From: Bradymonadia bacterium
Lineage (GTDB): Bacteria; Myxococcota_A; Bradymonadia; UBA7976; UBA1532
Direction of reading: 5' to 3'
Assembly (NCBI GenBank): GCA_046290225.1
Contig: JBKAGE010000082.1
Location: 96,001 to 160,000 of the forward strand
Length of the DNA stretch: 64,000 bases
Below are positions 52,063-62,531 of the stretch, in pieces (within the stretch, counting starts at the first letter, position 1; every line of letters starts with the position of its first letter). Under the pieces are notes generated by a model that ran no database searches, was not told the origin of the DNA, and saw only the letters and a list, made by a program, of their open reading frames with translations. Made by a program: the position numbers and the translations under genes.

Positions 52063-52085
52063 TGTGGAACGTTCCACATGGAATG
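52063..52085. promoter_or_regulatory. parS-like site overlapping a perfect 16-bp palindrome
   Basis: TGTGGAACGTTCCACA (52063-52078) and CGTTCCACATGGAATG (52070-52085), the latter close to the GTTCCACGTGGAAC parS variant. Confidence 0.4.
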
Positions 52086-52190
52086 CTCACTGACAAGCGC
52101 GGTGTCATGACGTTGGACACCAGGCTCAGCTCAAGTGAAGCAGAGACCACAATGCTGGCCAGCCGGCACGCATCCAGGCACCCTCCTGGG

Positions 52191-52838
52191 ATGACACACA
52201 CACCTGATCAGACCCCCTTGCCCGAAGGGCTCGTATGTGGCCCAGATGGCCTGCCCCGCTGTAAGTGGGGCGTGAGTCATCCGCTGTACATCGACTATCA
52301 CGATCACGAGTGGGGTCGACCGGAGCCCGAAGACGTCAAGCTGTTCGAGAAGATCTGTCTGGAGGGGTTCCAGTCCGGCCTGTCGTGGCTGACCATCCTC
52401 AAGAAACGCGACAACTTCCGGGCCGCCTTTCACGGCTTCGACATCGATCAGGTGGCGGCCTTTGGTGAGGCTGATGTCGCGAGGCTGATGAGCGACACGG
52501 GCATCGTTCGCAACCGCCGCAAGATCGAAGCGACGATTCACAACGCCCGAATGGCTCAGCAAATGCGGGAGGCAGAAGGGTCACTCGGCGCGTGGTTCTG
52601 GCGCTGGGCGCCCCCACGCCGCGAGGCCCCGCTGGACTGGTCGACCTTGAGATCTCTCGGCAAGACCCCCGAGAGCGAGGCCATGTCCAAAGCCCTCAAG
52701 AAGCTGGGGTGGCGTTTCGTGGGCCCCACCACGGCCTACGCCTTCATGCAGGCCATGGGTCTGGTGAACGATCATGTAGCCGGTTGCGCCTTTCACGCGG
52801 CCACTGAAGCCGACGCACAGGCATTTCAACGGCCCTGA
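52191..52838 (+). CDS. tag: DNA-3-methyladenine glycosylase I
   Basis: RCKW, YHDHEWG, LEGFQSGLSWLTILKKR and FVGPTT.YAFMQAMGLVNDH...C motifs. Confidence 0.95.
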   Translation: MTHTPDQTPLPEGLVCGPDGLPRCKWGVSHPLYIDYHDHEWGRPEPEDVKLFEKICLEGFQSGLSWLTILKKRDNFRAAFHGFDIDQVAAFGEADVARLMSDTGIVRNRRKIEATIHNARMAQQMREAEGSLGAWFWRWAPPRREAPLDWSTLRSLGKTPESEAMSKALKKLGWRFVGPTTAYAFMQAMGLVNDHVAGCAFHAATEADAQAFQRP

Positions 52839-52839
52839 T

Positions 52840-53988
52840 TCAAGACATCACCGGTACCAGCTCTCCCGCCCGTGGCATGACGAGCAATGGCCCAGCACCG
52901 GCCATCTCCAACGCCGTGGCGATATCGGGTGCATAGTCCGCGAAGCTGAGCGCCACCTTCTCGGAGGGCTGAGTGCTCACCAGAATCACCCGATGATGTT
53001 CAGGCAGGCTGTGCACGATGCCCAGGCGATAGATCTTGTCGTTGATCACGTCGATGGGCCCGAGGCCCTCTTCACATGCCGCGGCGAGGATGATCGTGCC
53101 ACCCTCTTCGAGGACGCGCCCCGCGGGCACCAGCAGCTTGCAAGCCTGGTACAAATTCATGGTCACGGGCCAGCGGTCGGAGACCATGACCACCGGCGCT
53201 TTCCGGCTCACCTGAACCTCGAAGAGCTCCCGAGCGCGCATCACACCCACCCGATGGGCCTCCACGGGATCACCCGCTACCACCGCCACGGGTCCGCCCT
53301 CAGACCCTCGGACGACGTTGACGATGAACGCAGGGCCCGCCATGGCCCCGGCGGCCTCGAGATCGGCCCGGCACGGGTTGCCCTCGACGACGCCCAGCCG
53401 CGCCCCAGGCGCAGCCTTCAGTGTGTGGTTGTGCCAGATGCCCGGGGCGCCGGCCGCGCCGGGGAAGAGCCCCTTGTAACCGCCAGCGTAGCCCGCGAAG
53501 TAATGAGGCCTGATCTCACCGAGGGTGATGACGAGATCAGCCTCCACCACGGCGCTCGGATAGCAAACCACGGTGCCGTGGTCCGTACGCCCCACTTCGA
53601 CCAGATCTTCAGCGTAGGCGTCGTGAGACCAGGTCGTGCCGCCTCGAGACTCGACCAGCACGCGCGCTGATGCTGGCGGCGCTTCTGGTGGGTGCTTGCC
53701 TCCTGCCACGCCCAGAGAGATCGACACGTGCTCGGGGATCTGCGCCAGCACAGGAGGCAACATGTGCCGGGCCACGCCTTTTCGGCTGCTGTCCGGCATC
53801 AAGATGCAGATCGAGCGGGCCTCGGCGACACGCTCCCGCAGCGGCGCCGAGGCAACAGGCGCTGAGAGGGCTTCATCGATCAGCGACCCCCAAACACCCT
53901 CCTCGACATCCTTGCCGACGATCGTCCGTGTCGACTCGGGCACCTGGACCGACAGCGGAGATCGGCCCCAACCCAGGGTCAAAGTCAT
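52840..53988 (-). CDS. LarA-superfamily (nickel-pincer racemase/epimerase) protein
   Basis: PDSSR, G.H, SHD, PHYFAGYAGGYK...PG, HNH, NPCR, NLYQACK and EGGTIILAAACEEG. Confidence 0.82.
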   Translation of the reverse strand: MTLTLGWGRSPLSVQVPESTRTIVGKDVEEGVWGSLIDEALSAPVASAPLRERVAEARSICILMPDSSRKGVARHMLPPVLAQIPEHVSISLGVAGGKHPPEAPPASARVLVESRGGTTWSHDAYAEDLVEVGRTDHGTVVCYPSAVVEADLVITLGEIRPHYFAGYAGGYKGLFPGAAGAPGIWHNHTLKAAPGARLGVVEGNPCRADLEAAGAMAGPAFIVNVVRGSEGGPVAVVAGDPVEAHRVGVMRARELFEVQVSRKAPVVMVSDRWPVTMNLYQACKLLVPAGRVLEEGGTIILAAACEEGLGPIDVINDKIYRLGIVHSLPEHHRVILVSTQPSEKVALSFADYAPDIATALEMAGAGPLLVMPRAGELVPVMS

Positions 53989-54097
53989 GGGTTTGCCTTC
54001 GAAATGCACCTGTACCCCTTGCGCATCGAGGCGCGGTTCTTAAGGTTGCGCGCCAAAGGGCCATCGCATCCCAGAGAGCCAATGGCCCAGCCGAACG

Positions 54098-54124
54098 CTA
54101 ACACTCACTCACCGTGACGCATAA
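54098..54124 (+). promoter_or_regulatory. Degenerate CIRCE-like element
   Basis: CTAACACTC-N9-GACGCATAA versus TTAGCACTC-N9-GAGTGCTAA (7/9 and 5/9 matches), 16 bp before the groEL ATG. Confidence 0.35.
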
Positions 54125-54140
54125 GAAAGCGAAACAGCAT

Positions 54141-55811
<1,671 letters not shown>

Positions 55812-55828
55812 GACAGCCCTGTCCCCGC

Positions 55829-55862
55829 CGAGGTCACAGCGCGCACAGCCGCTGTGGCCTCG
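55829..55862 (+). terminator. Stem-loop after groEL
   Basis: CGAGGTCACAGCG / CGCTGTGGCCTCG 13-bp stem with one G-U pair; no clear U tract. Confidence 0.45.
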
Positions 55863-55917
55863 CTCTCCCCGACCTCACCTTGCACACCGGCGACTGCCGC
55901 CTCTACCATGTTGCGTA

Positions 55918-56835
55918 ATGCGCGCTCTTCCTGCCCAGCTTCTGCCGCTCTGTCTGCTCACGTCTGTTGGCTGTGATGGTGGTACCTCTGCCAGATGGCA
56001 GAGCGGAGATGATCACATCACCGACGCTCAGCCTGTCACCTCGAGCCGCTATGGCCTGGTGACGCTGCATCGAGAGGCCGGTGTCGAGGGCATTACCCTG
56101 AGCGCACAAATCATCGAGTATGCCGGCCTCACCGAAGCGGAGGCCCTGCACACCGTGTTGCCCGCCGAGCGGGCGTGGCTCATCGAAGATCTCGACGCCG
56201 CAGAGGCCCAGTGCACGCCGCTGCACACCGACGCCCCGACCTTCGATGATCTCGACAGCGCCTCTGGTGGACCATGGATCGAGCTGCTCGATGGTGGGCC
56301 CTTCGAAATCGCCACCGGCATCCCCTCGGACGCCAATCTCGAGCATCAGGGAGGCACCTTTCAGGTGAGCCCACAACCACTGCCCGCCGTCATCCCGGCC
56401 CTGGGCGGTGTGGTGTACGACGGCAGCTCTGCGCGCATCAGCGCCCACCCGCTGGCGGTCTATTCCATAGAGAGCCTGTCTGCCCTCGACGCCCACGTAG
56501 GCCCTGTGAGCGGAGGCGTCGGCGCCGCAGATCCCATTCGCATTGAAGCCATCACATGGGCTCAGGGTGGCGCCCACGTGCAGATCAGCGGCCCTGGCCG
56601 AGCCACGCTCATCTTCTCCCGAGAAGAAGAAGGACAGCCCGCTGGCGTACGCTGCACCCTCCCCCATGGCGGCCGGCATCTCATACCTACAGAAGCCATC
56701 GGAGACGGGGCCCTCAAGGTCACCGCAGCCCGAGTTCAGCAGGGCACACTCGACATCGACGGTGTCCCCCGTGCAGATCTGATGTTCATCTCCAGCGATG
56801 TGGCGTATCTTGCGCCCCGCAACGCCACCGACTGA
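55918..56835 (+). CDS. Hypothetical lipoprotein
   Basis: Lipobox TSVGC; fills the gap between groEL and the phosphatase. Confidence 0.6.
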   Translation: MRALPAQLLPLCLLTSVGCDGGTSARWQSGDDHITDAQPVTSSRYGLVTLHREAGVEGITLSAQIIEYAGLTEAEALHTVLPAERAWLIEDLDAAEAQCTPLHTDAPTFDDLDSASGGPWIELLDGGPFEIATGIPSDANLEHQGGTFQVSPQPLPAVIPALGGVVYDGSSARISAHPLAVYSIESLSALDAHVGPVSGGVGAADPIRIEAITWAQGGAHVQISGPGRATLIFSREEEGQPAGVRCTLPHGGRHLIPTEAIGDGALKVTAARVQQGTLDIDGVPRADLMFISSDVAYLAPRNATD

Positions 56836-56856
56836 AGAGTCTAGAGAGGAGGGACG

Positions 56857-57621
56857 ATGCGCATTACGTCCGCCGGGCGGACCCACGTGGGCATGAAACG
56901 CACCCACAACGAAGACAGCCTGCGCATCTGTCGGGACCAGAACCTGTTCATCGTCGCCGACGGCATGGGCGGTCACGCTTCCGGTGAGGTGGCCAGCCAG
57001 CTCTCTGTAGAGACCCTCGCCGAGTTCTACCGCGCCACCGCCGAAGATGACGAGATCACCTGGCCCTTCAAGCTCGACAAGGGCATGGGCTACCAGGAAT
57101 CCCGCATCACCACCGGAGTGAAGCTGTCGAACCGAAGGGTGTACGAGAACGCCTGCCGCGACGCCAAGCTCAAGGGCATGGGCACCACCCTCGTCACCCT
57201 CTACCTCCATGGTGGCAATGGATACATCGGCCATGTGGGTGACAGCCGGGTCTATCGGTTCCGCAGCGGCCAGCTCACCCAGATCACCGAAGATCACTCC
57301 CTGCTCAACGACTACATCAAGATCAAGAAGCTCACCCCAGAAGAAATCGAGGCGTTCCCTCACAAGAACGTCATCGTACGGGCCCTGGGCATGAAGGAGA
57401 ACGTGCAGGTGGATGTGCACGCCGAGAAAGCACAGATCGGCGACATCTTCCTGCTCTGCTCCGATGGCCTCTCCGGCATGATCACCGATGAGGGCATGGA
57501 GCAAATCCTCGTCACCCACGGCAGCGATCTCGAGAAGTCGTGTGAGGTGCTCATCGAGACCGCCAACCAGAACGGCGGCACCGACAACATCACAGTGATC
57601 CTCGCCCGCTACGAGAGCTGA
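56857..57621 (+). CDS. Stp1/IreP-family PP2C Ser/Thr phosphatase
   Basis: THVGMKRTHNED, VADGMGGH, GMGTT, HVGDSR, LCSDGL and GGTDNIT. Confidence 0.95.
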   Translation: MRITSAGRTHVGMKRTHNEDSLRICRDQNLFIVADGMGGHASGEVASQLSVETLAEFYRATAEDDEITWPFKLDKGMGYQESRITTGVKLSNRRVYENACRDAKLKGMGTTLVTLYLHGGNGYIGHVGDSRVYRFRSGQLTQITEDHSLLNDYIKIKKLTPEEIEAFPHKNVIVRALGMKENVQVDVHAEKAQIGDIFLLCSDGLSGMITDEGMEQILVTHGSDLEKSCEVLIETANQNGGTDNITVILARYES

Positions 57622-58643
57622 TCCTCCACGATCACCCTCTGGCTCCACAGGCCAGCACCCACCCTCACACCAGACCACACGACCGTCCGGTCCAGGTGCA
57701 CCCCTGAGGCGATCTCTGCTTCAGCACCTACGGCCGACAGAGCGCCGATCCGCGCTCCAGCGTGTACTTGCGCTTTGGGACCGATCCAACAGGGACCTTC
57801 GATCTCTGCTCGGGGAGAAATCTCTGCAGAGGGGTGTACTCGACGCCCCCGCCCGTCGGGCTCTGGCAATCCCCCCATGGGCATGGCCCCAGTGAGGATG
57901 GCGGCGTGAGCGTCCAGGTAACGCTCGGGAGTGCCCACGTCGAGCCAGAAACACGACGCCTCGGTGTCGACGAAAAAGCCTCTGACATCAACGCCTTCGG
58001 CCATCAGGGCTTTATGAGCTGTGCGGAACACGTCACCGGGGCCTTCGGGGATGGCCTCGACGAGGGCAGGTGACACGACCTGCACGCCAGTGAAGGCGCC
58101 CAGACGCAGGCCGTCGGGGTGTGCACCCCGACGCTCCACCTCGGAGATGCGCCAGACCAAGCCGTCCTCGTCGACCGCCACACGTGCGAAGGGTGATCCC
58201 TGTGGCACCTGCCTCAACGCCAGCGTCGCCAACGGGCGATGTCGCGCATGGGCAGCGAGTACGGGCGATACGTCGAAGCTGAACAACGCGTCACTGTTCA
58301 CGGCCACCAGAGGGCCGGAATCGCCGAGTACCTCCTCGAGACACGCGGCGATGCCCCGCAAGCCGCCCCCAGTGCCCTGAAGTGTCTCCTCATCGACAAA
58401 GTGCAAACGCTCTGGTCGATGCGCCAGGGCGTGTGGGATCTGTGCCCCGAGGTGCCAGGTGTTGATGCCGATGGGATCGACCCCTGCACGTGCGAGGGCG
58501 TCGAGTGCGAACGACACCAGCGGACGACCCATGATGGGCACCAGCGGTTTGGGTCGATGGTGGGTCAGAGGCCTCAACCGGCTGCCGAGGCCTGCGGCGA
58601 GCACGGCGCCGCGCCAAAGTGGGGTGTGGTCTTCGGCGTCCAT
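57609..58643 (-). CDS. Sugar-phosphate nucleotidyltransferase (NDP-sugar synthase) with hexapeptide-repeat tail
   Basis: LAAGLGSRLRPLT...PKPL; GTGGG; WLDVGTPERY; left-handed beta-helix repeats. Confidence 0.9.
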   Translation of the reverse strand: MDAEDHTPLWRGAVLAAGLGSRLRPLTHHRPKPLVPIMGRPLVSFALDALARAGVDPIGINTWHLGAQIPHALAHRPERLHFVDEETLQGTGGGLRGIAACLEEVLGDSGPLVAVNSDALFSFDVSPVLAAHARHRPLATLALRQVPQGSPFARVAVDEDGLVWRISEVERRGAHPDGLRLGAFTGVQVVSPALVEAIPEGPGDVFRTAHKALMAEGVDVRGFFVDTEASCFWLDVGTPERYLDAHAAILTGAMPMGGLPEPDGRGRRVHPSAEISPRAEIEGPCWIGPKAQVHAGARIGALSAVGAEAEIASGVHLDRTVVWSGVRVGAGLWSQRVIVEDQLS

Positions 58644-58881
58644 CGCGCCCTTCGATCTGAGGGTTGATTTGAAGGCGCAGAGCACCACAATGGCGTGTGC
58701 TGTGGCCAATGATGGCTTCGAACACTGACGCAGATGTCAGAGTACACGGCCAAAGGCTTTCTGGGCACTTCATGAAAAGTCTTTGATTTACGAAACCTTT
58801 CACCACAAGTGCATCACTGGCACGAGGTGTGCTCTGGTGAAAGGCAGGTCAACAACATCCCCCTCAGGGGGCAGACGGGCA

Positions 58882-61053
58882 ATGTCACCTCACTCTCACC
58901 ACCCCAACCGCAGAAAGTCCCCTACTTTCAAGCGCATCGGGGCCATCACTCTGTGCCTCCTCGCGTTGCTCGCCGGTTGCGACGACGATGGCGGGTCTGA
59001 TCCTGGCGTCACAGGGGCTGCCGACGGTGGCCTCCCTGATGCGGGGGCACCGGTGAGCACGTTGATCTTCACCCTTGGCGAGGCCGACATCCCCACCACT
59101 GGCCCGCGCGGCAGGCTTCGGCTGCAAGCCGACGACATCACTACAGGCGCTCGAAGCCTCGTCGATCTCGGCCAGATCCCCGCCGAGCTGCCCGCCCGCA
59201 TCAACGCCGGCGAGCTGCCCAACGGTCGCTACACCCTCACCGTGTTCTTCGATCGCGACGACGACAATGTGCACGACGGCTGCCCCTGGCCGCCTGACCC
59301 CAGCCACCCCGCTCAGGCCGACACCTTCGACAACCTGTATGCCACCGCAGAGATCGACCTCACAGAGATCGATCTCGAAGCAGTACCTGACGAAGCGCTG
59401 CCTCAGCTCATCATCGAGCGGCACATTTGTGGCCCTGGCGACGAGGCCACCGGCCTGACCGGCATGCTGTCTCCAGAAGAAGGGGTCGAACTCCAGGGCC
59501 CTGTGGCCATGTACTTGACCCCCCTCGTCGACGACGGGCTGCCGAGCGGCGAGCGGCCTACAGGCGACGACGCCCCCGCCCTCGAGAGCACGCCGAGCTT
59601 CATCCCTTTGTTCCCCAATGGGCTGAGGGCTGCTCAGCCCTTCAGCGTCGGGCAGCTGCTCCCGGGGCGGTATCGGGTCGTCTTCTTCGAAGATGCCGAT
59701 CTCGACGGCCAGCCCACGCCATGCGGGCAGGGCATTGGTGGCGGTGATCGCCAGCTCGCTCAAATCGACGAGCTCGAGATCCAGGCGGGGGACCGCACAG
59801 AGATCGCCGATCTCGTCACCCTCACCCTCGCCGAAGGCTGCCCCGCCGATCTTACGGGCGTCACCGGCACGGTGACGTTGAGCCCCATGCTCAAGCAGGC
59901 CCTTGAAGAAGAGCAGATGCGCCCCGACGAGGGCATCGACCTGAACCGTGAGTTACAGTCAGCAGCAGTGCGGCTGGCTCTGCTCAGCCCCGCCGGAGAG
60001 CTGGCCATCGACGTCGATCTCTTCGAGCGCCTCAGCGATCAGCCACTGCCCAGGCCCTTCACCGTCACCGGACTGCCCGAAGGCAGCTGGCGCATGGTGG
60101 TGTACCTCGACGCCGATCGAGATGGGCTGTTCAACCCCTGCGGTGGGGTCAACAGCGGCCTCGATCGCATCTATGCTCAGGTGGATCGGGTCGATGTGCT
60201 GCCCTCTCAGATCGCCGAGGTGGAGCAAGTCACTCTGTCGATGCCTGAGCTGTGCGCCACCACCGAAATCGGACTCACCGGCCGCCTTGCCTTCGATGCT
60301 GAAGACGGCGCGGTGGGCAGCGGACGCCCCATCAGGTTGTCGTTGTTGCCCATCGATGGTGCTGGTGAGCCCCGGGATCTGGTCATCTTCGAGAACCACC
60401 AGACCGTCTTGGAGAATGCTGCCCAGGCCGACGAGCCGGGTGGAGGTTACCGCTTCTCACTCGCCGGTGAGTTGCCGCCAGGGGTGTACCAAGCCAGGTT
60501 CTATATCGACAGCAACAATGATGGTGTCTACACCACCTGCCTGAACGACAACCTCTTCGGCGATCGCGCCAGCGTTCAGCTGCCCGAGCCCGTGGAGATC
60601 GTCGAAGGGCGCCTCACCGAGCTCGATCGGGTGCAAATCGTCCGAGAAGCAGACCTGGACGGCAATGTGTGTCGCGCGCCCCGGTTCGACGTCGGTGTAC
60701 AGGTCGAATGGGGCCCAGTGCACTTCGAGCCCCCTCAGGGCATGCCCCTCAGGCTCTTCATGCAGGAGGCAGGTGGCTGGTCAGCAGACTACCGGGTCGC
60801 CCCTGAGCTGAGCCGTGTAGAGTTCCCCTGGCGCCCTGAGGCCTTGTACGAGCCTCTGCAGCCCGAGCTGGGGCTGCCGCCAGGGGACTACACCCTCACC
60901 TACTATGCCGACGTCAATGGTGACGGAGCCCTGGGGCTGTGCGACGGCGCAGATCCGGATGGCCTCCTGGGCTCTGCGGCGATCAAGCTCGACGCCACAT
61001 CGAGCAACCCCCTGATGATTTCCCTCACGCTCGAAGACCAGTGTTACGACTAA
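58882..61053 (+). CDS. Lipoprotein with five repeated beta-sandwich-like modules carrying DxDxDG loops
   Basis: Lipobox LLAGC; five copies of L..G.(Y/W)...(F/Y).D.(D/N).D(G/N).....C. Confidence 0.75.
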   Translation: MSPHSHHPNRRKSPTFKRIGAITLCLLALLAGCDDDGGSDPGVTGAADGGLPDAGAPVSTLIFTLGEADIPTTGPRGRLRLQADDITTGARSLVDLGQIPAELPARINAGELPNGRYTLTVFFDRDDDNVHDGCPWPPDPSHPAQADTFDNLYATAEIDLTEIDLEAVPDEALPQLIIERHICGPGDEATGLTGMLSPEEGVELQGPVAMYLTPLVDDGLPSGERPTGDDAPALESTPSFIPLFPNGLRAAQPFSVGQLLPGRYRVVFFEDADLDGQPTPCGQGIGGGDRQLAQIDELEIQAGDRTEIADLVTLTLAEGCPADLTGVTGTVTLSPMLKQALEEEQMRPDEGIDLNRELQSAAVRLALLSPAGELAIDVDLFERLSDQPLPRPFTVTGLPEGSWRMVVYLDADRDGLFNPCGGVNSGLDRIYAQVDRVDVLPSQIAEVEQVTLSMPELCATTEIGLTGRLAFDAEDGAVGSGRPIRLSLLPIDGAGEPRDLVIFENHQTVLENAAQADEPGGGYRFSLAGELPPGVYQARFYIDSNNDGVYTTCLNDNLFGDRASVQLPEPVEIVEGRLTELDRVQIVREADLDGNVCRAPRFDVGVQVEWGPVHFEPPQGMPLRLFMQEAGGWSADYRVAPELSRVEFPWRPEALYEPLQPELGLPPGDYTLTYYADVNGDGALGLCDGADPDGLLGSAAIKLDATSSNPLMISLTLEDQCYD

Positions 61054-61090
61054 GTATGCGTCTACACTGGACACCCTGACCCATTTGGGC

Positions 61091-61126
61091 GCCTGGGTCG
61101 ATCCGTGTGACCCAGGCCTTCTTTCT
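61091..61126 (+). terminator. Rho-independent terminator candidate
   Basis: GCCTGGGTC / GACCCAGGC 9-bp stem followed by CTTCTTTCT. Confidence 0.6.
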
Positions 61127-61212
61127 CGTCTACTTTTTTCCGAATTCAAAAAGTAGAAACAAAAGAAGGCAAAAAAATTCACCGACGGTGTGCTCTGGTG
61201 GTCAAAATGATG

Positions 61213-61332
61213 TCACCAGCGACAACACCGTAGTCAACAACGACTACAGCGTATCATCACCGACAACAAAAGAGTCACTCGTGACACATGGTGTCACTTG
61301 AGACACGCCAAAGTGGTGTCATCAACGACAAC
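61213..61332. repeat. Four imperfect 14-bp direct repeats TCA-N-CA-N-CGAC-W-AC plus a GTGACAC-N3-GTGTCAC palindrome
   Basis: Copies start at 61213, 61234, 61254 and 61319; palindrome at 61281-61297. Confidence 0.6.
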
Positions 61333-61547
61333 GGTGTTCAGAGACACGATCACGCCGATCCCCCATCAAAGACAGAACAGGCGTTCAGATCTCGACCCAT
61401 GGGTGATTTTTGACCCACAGAGGGTGAAAACCATTCAGAAACGGGCTGGTGTCTGCTCGATCCTCACCTGGATCTTCAGATTTGCCGGGTCAAAAGTTAC
61501 CCACAGGCCCAGTCCGCTTGACCCCCCGGATTAAAGGGTTTTTCGAG

Positions 61548-61556
61548 TTATCCACA
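61548..61556 (+). promoter_or_regulatory. Consensus DnaA box
   Basis: TTATCCACA; near matches TTACCCACA (61497-61505) and TGACCCACA (61411-61419) in the same orientation. Confidence 0.5.
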
Positions 61557-61616
61557 GGCTGGCACGGGCGGTGCACAAGGGATTGGGCAGACATCAACCA
61601 GGCACCTCATCGGGGG

Positions 61617-62396
61617 ATGAACATGGCCAGCACCGCCCAAGCGATTCAGACCGAACTCGACTTTCAGCTCACGCTCAACCGCAATGAAGTGGTCGAGAAG
61701 TACGCGTACTTGATCAAGAAGGTCGCTTACAAAATCATCGCCCGGCTGCCCGCGAACGTCGAAATGGACGATCTCATGAGCGCCGGCGTCATCGGCCTCA
61801 TCGACGCAGCAGAGAAATACGATCCTGAGAAGAGCCGTAATTTCAAGAGCTATGCCGAGATCCGGATCCGCGGTGCCATGATCGACGAGCTGCGCTCCCT
61901 CGACTGGGTGCCCCGCAGCGTGCGTCAGAAGGGCGCCAACATCGAGGCGGTCACCGCCGAGCTCACCGCCCGCTTCGGCCGCCCCGCCACCGACGCCGAG
62001 GTGGCCAAGGAGATGGGCCTTGAGCTCAAAGAGTTCCACGTCTTCGCCGAGCGTGCCCGGGCTGTCTCCGTCGTGTCCTACGAGGATCTCGGCAACGGCG
62101 ACGGTGAGGACAAGCGTGACTTCCTGGCCTGTGTGGCCGATCCCGAGGCCGTGAGCCCCGAGGAGTACTCCTCCCAGCGCAACCAGCGCGACATGATGAT
62201 GCGGGCGATTCAAAAGCTGCCCAAGCGCCAGCGCGTCGTGCTCCTGCTCTACTACTTCGAGGACCTCAACCTGAAGGAGATCGGCACCATCCTCGGCGTG
62301 ACCGAGTCCCGCATCTCCCAGATTCACTCCGCCGCCGTGGCGCAGCTGCGCACCGTCTTCGCGGAGATGATGGCCCAGGACGCTGTGGCCCTCTGA
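61617..62396 (+). CDS. FliA/WhiG-family sigma factor (sigma-28 type)
   Basis: LPANVEMDDLMSAGVIGL, YAEIRIRGAMIDELRSLDWVPRSVR and LKEIG.ILGVTESRISQIH. Confidence 0.93.
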   Translation: MNMASTAQAIQTELDFQLTLNRNEVVEKYAYLIKKVAYKIIARLPANVEMDDLMSAGVIGLIDAAEKYDPEKSRNFKSYAEIRIRGAMIDELRSLDWVPRSVRQKGANIEAVTAELTARFGRPATDAEVAKEMGLELKEFHVFAERARAVSVVSYEDLGNGDGEDKRDFLACVADPEAVSPEEYSSQRNQRDMMMRAIQKLPKRQRVVLLLYYFEDLNLKEIGTILGVTESRISQIHSAAVAQLRTVFAEMMAQDAVAL

Positions 62397-62531
62397 GGCC
62401 GCTGGAGCACACGCTCCGACCCCCCTCCCCGCTGAGCCCCGGCCATTCCCCCGAGGCTGGATCGCGCTCCTCCCCTTACAACGACCCCCACACTTGATGT
62501 ATCTCCTTCTATCGATTTCATGGAGGTTGAG

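Noticed and set aside
61213..61332. CRISPR array
   Set aside because: Repeats are 14 bp and degenerate, spacers are mostly 6-7 bp, and there are no cas genes.
61617..62396. Assigning the symbol fliA and inferring a flagellar locus
   Set aside because: The family is clear, but there are no flagellar genes in the window, so orthology cannot be established.
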